From a virus (lineage: Duplodnaviria; Caudoviricetes): DNA of 64,000 nucleotides. The notes beneath the pieces were generated by a model. It was not told where the DNA came from and did no database searches. It was given only the letters and a program-made list of their open reading frames with translations. The position numbers and the translations under genes are program-made. The stretch is from positions 64,001-128,000 of the IMG/VR virus record IMGVR_UViG_3300033074_001484. One strand, given 5' to 3'. Shown piece by piece: positions 36,591-46,696 of this stretch; the stretch's first letter is position 1; each line of letters begins with the position of its first letter.

Positions 36591-37126
36591 TGATTTGCAG
36601 CTAATCTAAATTGATGTGTATTATGTACGTAAAAGGTTAAATTTTCAAATTCATTTTTATATTTAGACGCAGTATATTTCGCTAATTGGATTGTAGTATA
36701 ATCATCTTTCAAGCCCCATGTACCAAGTCCAAGTATAAAAATAGAAACCTTTTTATATGCAGCGTCAAGTAATGTTGCAAAGATATGAAAATATAATTCT
36801 TCAAGGACATCATAATATTCAAGAATATCATCGCCCTCAATGTATGTAGGGGTAACAATATGCAACATTTCCCGTGCCTTAAATGAATACGCGCCGGTTA
36901 CTATCATATAATCGGAACTTAACACTGTTGTAAATGAACCCACTGCTCGCTTGAATTCTGCCATATACTCAGATCGCGCACCATTTATAAGTGAATCTGC
37001 TTCATAAATACCATTTGTAAAATAATCATACGGCAACTCCCTAACAATAACATCACCACGCAATATATCCCCCGGTATATACATTCCAACCTTTATATTT
37101 ACGGTTTCCCCAAAAAAACTCATCAT
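36587..37126 (-). CDS. degenerate macro domain (Appr-1-p-like) protein
   Basis: GDI..D.IV, VTGAY, LHIVTP, L..LY, SI..LGLGTWG skeleton; NAAN and GGG motifs missing. Confidence 0.55.
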   Translation of the reverse strand: MMSFFGETVNIKVGMYIPGDILRGDVIVRELPYDYFTNGIYEADSLINGARSEYMAEFKRAVGSFTTVLSSDYMIVTGAYSFKAREMLHIVTPTYIEGDDILEYYDVLEELYFHIFATLLDAAYKKVSIFILGLGTWGLKDDYTTIQLAKYTASKYKNEFENLTFYVHNTHQFRLAANH

Positions 37127-38070
37127 AAACGAGATGCCACCGGACAGTTTACATTATCATTATTAAATGGACAAAATTTACAGCTACGACCATCGTGCGA
37201 GGTAGCTGGATACTCCTTATTCTGAATTTTCCCATCCGATTCAAATACGTCCTCAATAAACCCTAACAACTTAGCATGCACTGAATTACAAGTTCTTTCG
37301 GATTGTGCAGGATCGTGTAGTTGAATTCTTGAGACCGGCTCCCCATCATACAATTTAGGATTTTTCTTTAATATAATATATGAAAATACAATCTTATCAA
37401 TGGGTATTTCATATTGTTCGGAAGCATATTTTTTATACAACAGTAATTGTGAAGTTTTAGTACTATCCTTTTTATCCAAATCGGACCATCCAGATGTACT
37501 GGTTTTAACATCATACCCATCATATGTTCCATGCGCGGTATATTCAGTTAAAATATCTATAAACCCGGTAAATTTAACAGTTGGAAAATCTGGATGTGGG
37601 TATACATTTATTGGCAGCTCAATTCCATGCAGTTTGCTTTTTCTCGTGGGAAACATAAGACTTTGCTTCGTTTTAAACTCCAATAAACATGCGTGACCAT
37701 CAAGTGTATATTCCTCTAATTCGTCTGGCGTGGAAAAATGCTCATTCGACACTTTGTAATATTTAGTATACATATCCACCATACAATCAGTGAGATATGG
37801 TAAATAATCATGCTCTTTTCCATATTTAGCAGAATTTGTATAGGTATCAATTAAATATTTTTGAACAGCCATGTGCATTGCTTCACCATATGCCACATGT
37901 ATACTTGGAACAAATTTAGGTTTAAGGGTACGTTCCAAATACCATCGCCGGGGACACTGTGAATACGTTGAAAACTGCGTATATGATATTATCCGGTGAC
38001 CCTTTGAATACACATTCTTTGCAGCACCACGTCGCATCTGTGGGCTAATGTGTGTAATTGATTTTTTCAT
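37123..38070 (-). CDS. PD-(D/E)XK RecB/Cas4-like nuclease
   Basis: SYTQ..CPRRW..GFID..DVKT..QLLLY..CKFC. Confidence 0.88.
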   Translation of the reverse strand: MKKSITHISPQMRRGAAKNVYSKGHRIISYTQFSTYSQCPRRWYLERTLKPKFVPSIHVAYGEAMHMAVQKYLIDTYTNSAKYGKEHDYLPYLTDCMVDMYTKYYKVSNEHFSTPDELEEYTLDGHACLLEFKTKQSLMFPTRKSKLHGIELPINVYPHPDFPTVKFTGFIDILTEYTAHGTYDGYDVKTSTSGWSDLDKKDSTKTSQLLLYKKYASEQYEIPIDKIVFSYIILKKNPKLYDGEPVSRIQLHDPAQSERTCNSVHAKLLGFIEDVFESDGKIQNKEYPATSHDGRSCKFCPFNNDNVNCPVASRL

Positions 38071-38131
38071 TCAAATAAATTATCTGAGCATTCACACAAT
38101 GTGCGACAATTCAAATTTGAAAATTTGTCAA

Positions 38132-38329
38132 TTAAGTTGATTCGGAATCATCTGTGGAATCGTTATCAATACTACCACTTCCCTCAGAATAATATACACC
38201 AGCATTTGATGTATCAACACCCGGATTATTTTTTTCATACAATTGACGCTTTCTACGCAGTAAATCCGATAAATCAGATTTCAGTTTGTCGTCTAATTGT
38301 CGTTGATATTTTTTATACTGTTTTGACAT
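38132..38329 (-). CDS. hypothetical protein
   Basis: 65-aa ORF. Confidence 0.5.
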   Translation of the reverse strand: MSKQYKKYQRQLDDKLKSDLSDLLRRKRQLYEKNNPGVDTSNAGVYYSEGSGSIDNDSTDDSEST

Positions 38330-38343
38330 AACACATGTTATTA

Positions 38344-38577
38344 TTAGGACTTGACAAAGTCCGGTAGTAACTCATCAAGAACTGTCCCACATTCAACACA
38401 TTCAAACACAGGTATTGGTGGGAGTAATACATCCTTGGGAGTAGCTGTAATCAATTTACTTACCTTTCTAAGCATTACCGCTTGTCTGAATTTATCCCCC
38501 CCGCACTCACATGTCATTGGTTTGGATGCTGCAAGCATCTCAGGAGTAAAATTAAATGCATTTTGTGAATTTGTCAT
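38344..38577 (-). CDS. zinc-ribbon protein
   Basis: CECG..F..CVECG. Confidence 0.7.
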   Translation of the reverse strand: MTNSQNAFNFTPEMLAASKPMTCECGGDKFRQAVMLRKVSKLITATPKDVLLPPIPVFECVECGTVLDELLPDFVKS

Positions 38578-39626
38578 GTTATTGTTTTTTTGTATACCAT
38601 ATCAATTAATTCCAAAAATCGATCTGTTGATAAATAGTTACGTTCCAACTCTAACGCATCTTTTTCAAGGTCTGCGGTCCAATCATCATAATAAAACAAC
38701 ACATTTTGGAGTATACCATGTAAAATTTCTCGTCCCCGAATAAAATTCATAAACGGTGGACTTGTTATGTATGAAGGGTATCTATATTTCTCAGGTAGTA
38801 ATTTAGCAAACACTGACCGATCTGGCACAATCGGGACACAACCATACAACATGCCCTCATATACATAGTAGGGATTGTTTTCAAAATGAGTTGCTGAAAA
38901 TAATATTTTAGAACGTTTCAACCCGTCTATATATTGGCGACGATTAAATTTATGTAACGTTGGAAAAATGAATTCATAGTCTACAAAATAGTTTTTAAAC
39001 GCTTGTAATATTTCATTTTGATCTTTCTCGGTGATGACTTCACATAACATAATAGCATCTTTCTTTTCCTCGATTACAAAATCAATCGAATTACGAACAG
39101 TTGACAATGGATAGCCAGTTATAATCGATGACGCATCAGCTTTTCTGACATATTTTTGTAAAAATTTATTTAACGAATCAGCATCAAAAAAACAATTGTA
39201 ATCATACGTGTACATCAATCCTCGCTCATACGACGCCAACCATTTTTTTTCAGAAAGTACCGTTTGATATCGAACAAGACTATCCGGGTCAAATACCCCA
39301 TTTGTCCAAATTCCAATTAATGTAATCTTAACATCATGTATATCACATAAATATTTGACAGTTGGGGCCATCAAATTCCATGCATCTGTGAATATCAACA
39401 CATCTCCGTTCGTTATTTTATTAGATACAATCAAATCATGTATCTTAGTAAATTGGTGCATTTTATATTGAAACACCCCATCAAAAATATGTCGATATAT
39501 AAATACGTCGTCCGACGACACCACCTCGACAGGGTATCCGGCATCCTTGATCATATCTGGGAATACAGTTGACCACTCGTTACGAAATGGTGCGTCGGGA
39601 GACGATGAATCAATAACATATATCAT
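38574..39626 (-). CDS. phage GT-B glycosyltransferase-like protein
   Basis: YK..Q..GDVLIFTDAWN..EGMLYGCVPIVPDR. Confidence 0.7.
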   Translation of the reverse strand: MIYVIDSSSPDAPFRNEWSTVFPDMIKDAGYPVEVVSSDDVFIYRHIFDGVFQYKMHQFTKIHDLIVSNKITNGDVLIFTDAWNLMAPTVKYLCDIHDVKITLIGIWTNGVFDPDSLVRYQTVLSEKKWLASYERGLMYTYDYNCFFDADSLNKFLQKYVRKADASSIITGYPLSTVRNSIDFVIEEKKDAIMLCEVITEKDQNEILQAFKNYFVDYEFIFPTLHKFNRRQYIDGLKRSKILFSATHFENNPYYVYEGMLYGCVPIVPDRSVFAKLLPEKYRYPSYITSPPFMNFIRGREILHGILQNVLFYYDDWTADLEKDALELERNYLSTDRFLELIDMVYKKTIT

Positions 39627-39820
39627 GCTATCACACTTACAATTTTAGATTGGGTGACACTAACCAACTCCCAATCCTGTGTAAATTCCTTAAATATTTC
39701 AGTAATTTTGGCCTCCACATCTGTTGGAGATATGGCGTCCACCAAATAGCTTTCACTACTTTTCTTGATAGACCCTCCTTCGGTTTCAACTTTAATACTC
39801 ACTTTTGCAATGTAATACAT
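39623..39820 (-). CDS. DUF4494-like protein
   Basis: KKSSESYLVDAISPTDVEAK. Confidence 0.65.
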   Translation of the reverse strand: MYYIAKVSIKVETEGGSIKKSSESYLVDAISPTDVEAKITEIFKEFTQDWELVSVTQSKIVSVIA

Positions 39821-39831
39821 GTTCTATAAAT

Positions 39832-40539
39832 TTAAGTGATTAAATAATACGATACAGTTCCTATATTGTCAGTTATAGGTAATGACATACTCATAAATGA
39901 TACATCATATACTTTGATGCAAAGATACTCATGTTTTTTACTAACCGATAGTATTTTTAGAATATCATCATATGCGAAGTCTTCAGTTTCTATGGAACAC
40001 TCTGTTATTTGTTGTGCTGTATACACTCCAATCAAATTTCCACCACCACTGAATTTAATTTCAATGGCTAATGGAGTAATTGTAAATTTAACATAATTGA
40101 CATTTTTTAATGTCTTCATCTTTAACAAGATGTCCGCTACTAATGAAGAATTTAATTCAATTGTACCTATTTCCTCTGGAATGTTAACAGTTTTAGGATA
40201 CATATCCAACGGGTTCACCAATGGTATGGATTGTAGAAATACATCGCTTGAATATCTTAAAAATTCCATACCCCCATCATTAACAATCTCCAAGTTATTA
40301 ATAACATTTGAAACTTTTATCCTGTCCAATAAATCTTTCACATCTGCAATATACACTGTGCGGCCAATCAATGATTGTGGGGGTTCTGCATTATACGTAC
40401 ATTGAGTAACGCACCCTCTACTTTTATTTGATATTCCGGTTATGTCAACCCCATTATGCGTAAAACATATCCGCACTTCTTTATTTAACCTATTAGAATA
40501 TGCATAAAACAATATACGGGAAAAGTCTACACTATTCAT
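39832..40539 (-). CDS. putative sliding clamp (gp45-like), divergent
   Basis: 235 aa, next to PolB, ends VSYYL; assigned mainly by size and position. Confidence 0.45.
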   Translation of the reverse strand: MNSVDFSRILFYAYSNRLNKEVRICFTHNGVDITGISNKSRGCVTQCTYNAEPPQSLIGRTVYIADVKDLLDRIKVSNVINNLEIVNDGGMEFLRYSSDVFLQSIPLVNPLDMYPKTVNIPEEIGTIELNSSLVADILLKMKTLKNVNYVKFTITPLAIEIKFSGGGNLIGVYTAQQITECSIETEDFAYDDILKILSVSKKHEYLCIKVYDVSFMSMSLPITDNIGTVSYYLIT

Positions 40540-43081
40540 AGGTAAAGTATTTAAACAGATTAGATTTCAATATCAACCTACCCCATCCTAATGCATCCCA
40601 AATTTTTTGCAATTTGGTTACTAAAGTACTTTCTGTCATTCGGTCGATATCAACATACTTTTTCACAAAGATATATACATCTTCCGGTATTTGGGATACC
40701 GGCACACCAATTGTATCATATTGATGTGGATTTGATTTCAAATAACACCAGAAAATTTTATCACCATTAGTGATACGTGGGTAGTCTCTAAGATTTTCGC
40801 GTGTTAAAAAATTATTATAATTAATTGCAGACTTTACATGTATGGGGGTGCCAGATTTAGCTTTACCATCAACATCAACCCATTTTGTTACTGACGAAAT
40901 TCCCGTAGGGCGCATAATGGTATAAATGTCAATAGATGAATATTTAGCAATGCTATCAAGAATCGTTCGGTTTAATTCAACTGACCCTTTACCATGCAAA
41001 ATTCCATGTAACACATCCGTCATCAATAATTTGTAGGCTTTTGGAAAATCACTTTTTACAACATCAAAGCCTGTAATGCTCGGCTTGTCAACTACCAGAC
41101 CTTTTTTCCGGACTATCCACATTGCATATCGTTTCTTCACTTCACCCCAAAACGCCGATTTAGCAACCAATTCTTGTTTTATACTCCATTTATGTTCATT
41201 GATCCCATGAAACTGTTGTGCATATTCATTATACATTTTATTTATATAATTTTCAACATCCGTTGCTATTTTAATTGTTAATTCCGGTATATCCGACTCA
41301 TCAGAATTTGGATATAATACATTTATCAATGGTATGGCAGGATAAAATACTGAATCAGTATCACCATATATACAATAATCTCTGACCTCACCTATAATAT
41401 CTGCATAATATGAATTGGCCACTTCACGAGTGAACCAACTAATTTGCTGCCCGGTCAGTGTAACCGCTTCTCCATTGTCCCTGTCATAAAATCTAAAACT
41501 TGGGAGCAACAACACCCCATATAGTGAGTTTAATAAAATTTTTTGTATAAGTTGTTTTTTATCATATCTTCTATGCAATTCCAAATCACCCGCTTTAAAA
41601 TGGTCTTCCGCCAATTTTGTAAACTCCGAACGTTCTGAAAACCATAACTCCAAAATTGTAGATAATATACCTTTACGGGTATTGTCATATAAAATTCCAT
41701 TTGCTGATAACGTCAAGCTGTACTCTCTTAAAATATGGTGTAGCTCTTGACACGTCACATCTATTGGAGAGTTATTATTAAAAAATTGTATATTAAACAC
41801 TGCATCGGAATTATTCACGAAATCTTGTGAACTTTTAAACCCTTCAATAACCCAGTTTGTAATTTTTGCTACTTTGGTTTCCGGTGAAATATTTAAAGAC
41901 ATGATATTTGAAGGATATAATGATGTTAAGTCTAAATCATACACCCATTCATACACTCCCGGCATTGGAAATTTCACATGTGCCCCATGCGCTTTTCCAG
42001 ATACCATGTAGTCAGTTCTTTTGGGAGATACTTTTCCCATTTTTTTAAGCAGCGATAATATAGCCCCCTCCATATAGTGAGAAGTTTTAAATATGGATTC
42101 GTAAGGCACTTTTCCTTTGTGACAAAGCCCTCTTGCTATTTCTATGTATTCAAATTTACGTTCAAACAAGCATGGAAGGTGAACGTCCATAACGTTATAT
42201 GCTATGAATTTATATATATCATTTTGTAATAAGTCATCAAGGCCACCATCATATTCAATTTTTGTACGGCCTAATTCAATCTCAGCAATATTGTTTAAGG
42301 CATAACTACTTTGTTCCGTGTATGTAAATTTTTTATACAGATCAATATAATCTAATATACTGACCCCTGCAATAATAATACGTTTTTCACCTCTAAACTC
42401 ATCCAACCGACAAATTCCAATTGGACTAAGCATTGCCGCACCACCCACACCACCTAATATCTTATTCAAACGGGTTATTAAATATGGTAAGTCATATTTG
42501 AAAATATTCCACCCAGAAAGTATGGTTGGGGATAATTTACGATATATTTTTAGAAATTCTCTAAGTAACCCATGCTCGTCAACACACGGTATCACTACAA
42601 TATTAATATCATCTTCTTCATCTGATTTCAATTCTTTTAATGTATATTCATTTTTAGTGATCTGACGCTTCCTATCTAATACTATTGTGTAATATTTACT
42701 ATCATCAATATTCCCTATGGTAATAGATGTAATTGTGTTATCAGCATCATATGCGTCGCTATACCCATCCTCTTTAGCAACTTCTATATCAAAAAATACT
42801 ATTCTATGATTTTTAGATATTTCATCTGAATCATAATACAAATCCACTAAAAGTCTGGTATGTATGGGTACCCTATCTTCATACAAAATTCCTGCCTCTT
42901 GATAATTTTTAGGCGGATTAATGATCATTTTCAACCGGGTACCAGTTATCGATTCATGTTCTCCGGTTGGGTCTTCTAAATATGCATAATTATATACCCC
43001 CGTTTTAGATACATACCCTTCCTCATCATCCCACAAGTGCATTGTCCTTGTGAAATAATCATAATAAATATTTTGATACAT
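40532..43081 (-). CDS. family B DNA polymerase
   Basis: FDIE exonuclease, DLTSLYP, KILLNSLYG, YGDTDS. Confidence 0.97.
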   Translation of the reverse strand: MYQNIYYDYFTRTMHLWDDEEGYVSKTGVYNYAYLEDPTGEHESITGTRLKMIINPPKNYQEAGILYEDRVPIHTRLLVDLYYDSDEISKNHRIVFFDIEVAKEDGYSDAYDADNTITSITIGNIDDSKYYTIVLDRKRQITKNEYTLKELKSDEEDDINIVVIPCVDEHGLLREFLKIYRKLSPTILSGWNIFKYDLPYLITRLNKILGGVGGAAMLSPIGICRLDEFRGEKRIIIAGVSILDYIDLYKKFTYTEQSSYALNNIAEIELGRTKIEYDGGLDDLLQNDIYKFIAYNVMDVHLPCLFERKFEYIEIARGLCHKGKVPYESIFKTSHYMEGAILSLLKKMGKVSPKRTDYMVSGKAHGAHVKFPMPGVYEWVYDLDLTSLYPSNIMSLNISPETKVAKITNWVIEGFKSSQDFVNNSDAVFNIQFFNNNSPIDVTCQELHHILREYSLTLSANGILYDNTRKGILSTILELWFSERSEFTKLAEDHFKAGDLELHRRYDKKQLIQKILLNSLYGVLLLPSFRFYDRDNGEAVTLTGQQISWFTREVANSYYADIIGEVRDYCIYGDTDSVFYPAIPLINVLYPNSDESDIPELTIKIATDVENYINKMYNEYAQQFHGINEHKWSIKQELVAKSAFWGEVKKRYAMWIVRKKGLVVDKPSITGFDVVKSDFPKAYKLLMTDVLHGILHGKGSVELNRTILDSIAKYSSIDIYTIMRPTGISSVTKWVDVDGKAKSGTPIHVKSAINYNNFLTRENLRDYPRITNGDKIFWCYLKSNPHQYDTIGVPVSQIPEDVYIFVKKYVDIDRMTESTLVTKLQKIWDALGWGRLILKSNLFKYFTYE

Positions 43082-43084
43082 GGT

Positions 43085-44452
43085 TTATAGAGGTATATCT
43101 GTCACAATCGGCAACCCTTTTCCATTATTTTGAATTATCAAATAACCACCCAATGTATCATATCCAAGTAATTCGGAAAATAGATTACCAGTAAATATAG
43201 GTGGCACCACAATTTTGCGATAATTCAACATATCAGTGTTTACCACCGAAATTTCATCATACGCTACATATTCTCTTTTTTGAACTTTTATAGTTTTTCT
43301 ACTGTGGTCGTGGCCTACAAGTATAATGTTATATTTTTTAGGATTACCATGCTCAAACAATATTTTTGCCGGGTCTTTATTTGACATTCCAAAATTACCA
43401 TGCATATTTACATAATGGATTCCATTGATCTCTACCGATATAAGATATGGATGATAAGTGATAGGTATCGTGTCGTTAAACGACAATGACAGTGCAAATG
43501 CCAACATTTCACCACCACTACCAAGCCGATCCATATTTTTATCAGGTGTTATTCTGTCATGGTTTCCGGATACCATGTATATATGTGACACATTGAAAAT
43601 CTTTGAAATAAAATTGCGAAGTATTACTACTGCCATTTTAAATATTGATGACCCATATCCATCAGCTTCCATATTTTGTAATGAATTGATATGGTTAAAA
43701 CCTGATAAACTTTCAAAATAATCCCCTAACATTACCAATGTAACTGATGAATAACCGCGACGGTTAATGTCTTCAGCAACGGTATGGAGATATTGTTCCA
43801 ATCGTTGTATTGAAAAATCTTTAGTACGTAACAGGTCAGTAATCTTTGCCCCAAAATGGAAATCACTTAGAACAACTACCGCTTCATCTCCAATAGCAAG
43901 TGTAACACTTTTATTAATTGGTGTAATACCAGAAATTATATCCTGTACAACGGTTTTTAATTTAGATATCGGTACCGGTAATTTTTTAAATCTGGCCTCT
44001 ACCGCATAATTTGTACGTTTATGTGGTACATGATAAGATTTTCCATCTTGTCCTATTTTTTTGAGTTTCATTGTGACATCGTATGATTTTTCACGATGCC
44101 ACACACATTCCCAAATATCCAAATCCACCTTAGTAAATTTTAACAAATCATCTAACGAAGTTAGACACGTCTCGCTAACTCCGGTGAAGTACGCACTATC
44201 CGAACTATATTCAATGGATCGTGAGTTTTCTGGAATATTTGTATTAAACGACAATTTTGAATTAATATATTCATCCGGCGACATTCCGGATTTTTTAAAT
44301 TTGTACCAAACCTTTTTTGCACGATTGCCGGGAGTTTTATATGGCACAATTCCAAATTTGAGTTCCCAGTATGCAAATGAATAAGGCTCAATACCATGTT
44401 CATAGGCATGTCTGATAAATTCATCTATCCCGTTATAATAATTGATATCCAT
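43085..44452 (-). CDS. calcineurin-like metallophosphoesterase
   Basis: SDFHFG, LGD, SGNHD, HG, GHDH. Confidence 0.88.
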   Translation of the reverse strand: MDINYYNGIDEFIRHAYEHGIEPYSFAYWELKFGIVPYKTPGNRAKKVWYKFKKSGMSPDEYINSKLSFNTNIPENSRSIEYSSDSAYFTGVSETCLTSLDDLLKFTKVDLDIWECVWHREKSYDVTMKLKKIGQDGKSYHVPHKRTNYAVEARFKKLPVPISKLKTVVQDIISGITPINKSVTLAIGDEAVVVLSDFHFGAKITDLLRTKDFSIQRLEQYLHTVAEDINRRGYSSVTLVMLGDYFESLSGFNHINSLQNMEADGYGSSIFKMAVVILRNFISKIFNVSHIYMVSGNHDRITPDKNMDRLGSGGEMLAFALSLSFNDTIPITYHPYLISVEINGIHYVNMHGNFGMSNKDPAKILFEHGNPKKYNIILVGHDHSRKTIKVQKREYVAYDEISVVNTDMLNYRKIVVPPIFTGNLFSELLGYDTLGGYLIIQNNGKGLPIVTDIPL

Positions 44453-44453
44453 A

Positions 44454-44756
44454 TTAAAGAGATTCTTGTAGGTTAAATGAAATGGTATATTGAACTGGCG
44501 TTTGTAAACTATTTAACGTATGTATTACAAACTTGACTATGTCATCTGCACCGGCATCATCTTCAACGATCACCACGTTCGAGTCTGAAAATTCGTTTTG
44601 ATATTCTGTGGTGCAAAATATTGTTCGATGTATCTTAGCGACCACTGGTGCTATAATTAATAAATCTTGTGGGTCATTTACCGTGATTCTGATTGATATA
44701 TCATCCTCCCCCTTAGCGGAAGTATGTATACTTGTTGCAAACTGTATACTGTTCAT
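44454..44756 (-). CDS. hypothetical protein
   Basis: 100-aa ORF in the operon. Confidence 0.6.
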   Translation of the reverse strand: MNSIQFATSIHTSAKGEDDISIRITVNDPQDLLIIAPVVAKIHRTIFCTTEYQNEFSDSNVVIVEDDAGADDIVKFVIHTLNSLQTPVQYTISFNLQESL

Positions 44757-44770
44757 AACTATCCTTTTTT

Positions 44771-46648
44771 TTATACGATTTCACATGCATTACCGGCACA
44801 GGCCAATTCACCTGTAAGATTTGTATTATCATCTCCTTCTACAATATCTGCCAAATTTATAGAATGGACATGCTCACTCATACGTTCATACATATCGGCA
44901 TCAATTTCTTCAAAGGGAGTTTGTAGATATGTGCCGCCATCATATGGAAGCACTGACAATCCGGTATAATATTTTTTGTTTTTCCACAACCACTCACCTA
45001 CCGCATCCCATCCGCTATCACTATCTATACCATCTTTAACAGTTATTGTGGCTGAAACATTATGTTTATTATCCCCCGTGACATGTCCCGAAACAACCCA
45101 CTCTAATTGCAATTTTTTAATTCTTTCCAAAAATTCCAACGCGGATTCATCAACACGGCATATTGCACCGTCAGGAGCTTTCTGAGGTATCCCAATAATG
45201 GCAGTATCTTGTGGCCTAAATACACAATCCTCAACTAAATCAGGAAGGTTTTCTGCTAAATATTGATATATCGCCTCATCTTTGCCAACCCGAATTCTAC
45301 GAATATAATATGGAGAATGCCACGCATGGCATCCGCTTGAACAACCTAATACTAAGCTCGTGGTACCGGCGGGTTTTATAGTTGTTACTCGTGCCGCGCT
45401 ATTTATACCTATGCGACCTGCAACGTCTTTATTTGTTTCAATTGCATGTTTAGCGGCCTCTGCCAAATCCAAATGATGTATCGCATTTGATGCAATGCCG
45501 GTCATACTTACCCCCAATAATGCTTCTTTTTCGGTGGTCTTTTTCCACACCGGGCGCAAATAATGAAAATCTGTATAACCTGCTTGTAATGTGCCAATTG
45601 TAGCTGCGGCTGAAACACGTGCATTTAAGTCCGCTTGATCTTCTACATCAGATACATTAACTTCACACAGATTGCAAAATTGATATGGTCTCAAAGCAAT
45701 TTCAGCACATGGGTTTGTGCCCCATTCAGCATTATTGCTCCAAAAAATACCGGGTTCCCCGGCCCCACTATTCTTTATTTTTTCCCATATATGATCAAAT
45801 GTCGCCTTATCTGCCCTATATCTAATAAGCACCGCTGAATTATTGGCGCGACCGCGTTGAGGGTTTAACTCCCACCAGTTACCAGACTTACATGTTAGCA
45901 TCTCAATATCATCAGCACTAAACAATGAAATTAATGCTGCTCTGCGAATGCCTCCGGCTAATACAGCATCTGCAATATGACATATAATATCATGTGCTTG
46001 TACTGTACTTAATTTATCACCATTTGGTATTTCAGATAAGATACCGTCAATTTTAAGTAAACATTCTTTTAATGGTTGTGGTCCGGGGGCCTTCCCCCCG
46101 GCGGTAATTAACTTAGACCCTTTTGGGCGGACATCACTAAAATCAAATTGCACAGTTGATCCACCAAAAAAATATGACTTCATCAACACTTTCACGGCAT
46201 CTGCCCATCCCTCAATACTATCCCCGATTAAATATCTACGCTTTCTATTTGGATTTGGTTTGTTTATATATGGCAATTTGTCGACATGATGGCGTTGTAC
46301 AGAATATCCAACACCAGTACCTCCGAGTAATAAAAACATTATTTCTGAAAATATTCGCCAATCGTCGACAGGTCCGTAACAACAATTATACATTCGTGTT
46401 GGATTTATATCTATAGGTTTTCCGGCAAACTGCAATGATCGCATTGACGGCAACACTTTTTTTGGATATACATATTGCCGGTATATCCCTCGTATTAAAG
46501 TTACAAGTTCTGGATACTTTTTAATGTGCATCGCCTCATTTCGACTTACTATTTCGTCCCACGTTTCGCGCCTGTTTAATTCGGGAATATATTTAGCGTA
46601 TTTCATGTATACTGTAATATCAGATAAAATCGATTGATTCAAATTCAT
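44771..46648 (-). CDS. nrdJ: class II (adenosylcobalamin-dependent) ribonucleotide reductase
   Basis: PSMRSLQF, NPCAEI..CNL, TTIKPAGT, C-terminal CAGNAC. Confidence 0.93.
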   Translation of the reverse strand: MNLNQSILSDITVYMKYAKYIPELNRRETWDEIVSRNEAMHIKKYPELVTLIRGIYRQYVYPKKVLPSMRSLQFAGKPIDINPTRMYNCCYGPVDDWRIFSEIMFLLLGGTGVGYSVQRHHVDKLPYINKPNPNRKRRYLIGDSIEGWADAVKVLMKSYFFGGSTVQFDFSDVRPKGSKLITAGGKAPGPQPLKECLLKIDGILSEIPNGDKLSTVQAHDIICHIADAVLAGGIRRAALISLFSADDIEMLTCKSGNWWELNPQRGRANNSAVLIRYRADKATFDHIWEKIKNSGAGEPGIFWSNNAEWGTNPCAEIALRPYQFCNLCEVNVSDVEDQADLNARVSAAATIGTLQAGYTDFHYLRPVWKKTTEKEALLGVSMTGIASNAIHHLDLAEAAKHAIETNKDVAGRIGINSAARVTTIKPAGTTSLVLGCSSGCHAWHSPYYIRRIRVGKDEAIYQYLAENLPDLVEDCVFRPQDTAIIGIPQKAPDGAICRVDESALEFLERIKKLQLEWVVSGHVTGDNKHNVSATITVKDGIDSDSGWDAVGEWLWKNKKYYTGLSVLPYDGGTYLQTPFEEIDADMYERMSEHVHSINLADIVEGDDNTNLTGELACAGNACEIV

Positions 46649-46696
46649 ATAGACTACCTTATGTTATGTTCTTATAAATAGTGCGCTTTTTATGTA

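Noticed and set aside
37123-38070. Cas4 as evidence of a CRISPR system
   Set aside because: Stand-alone phage PD-(D/E)XK nuclease; no cas1/cas2 or array.
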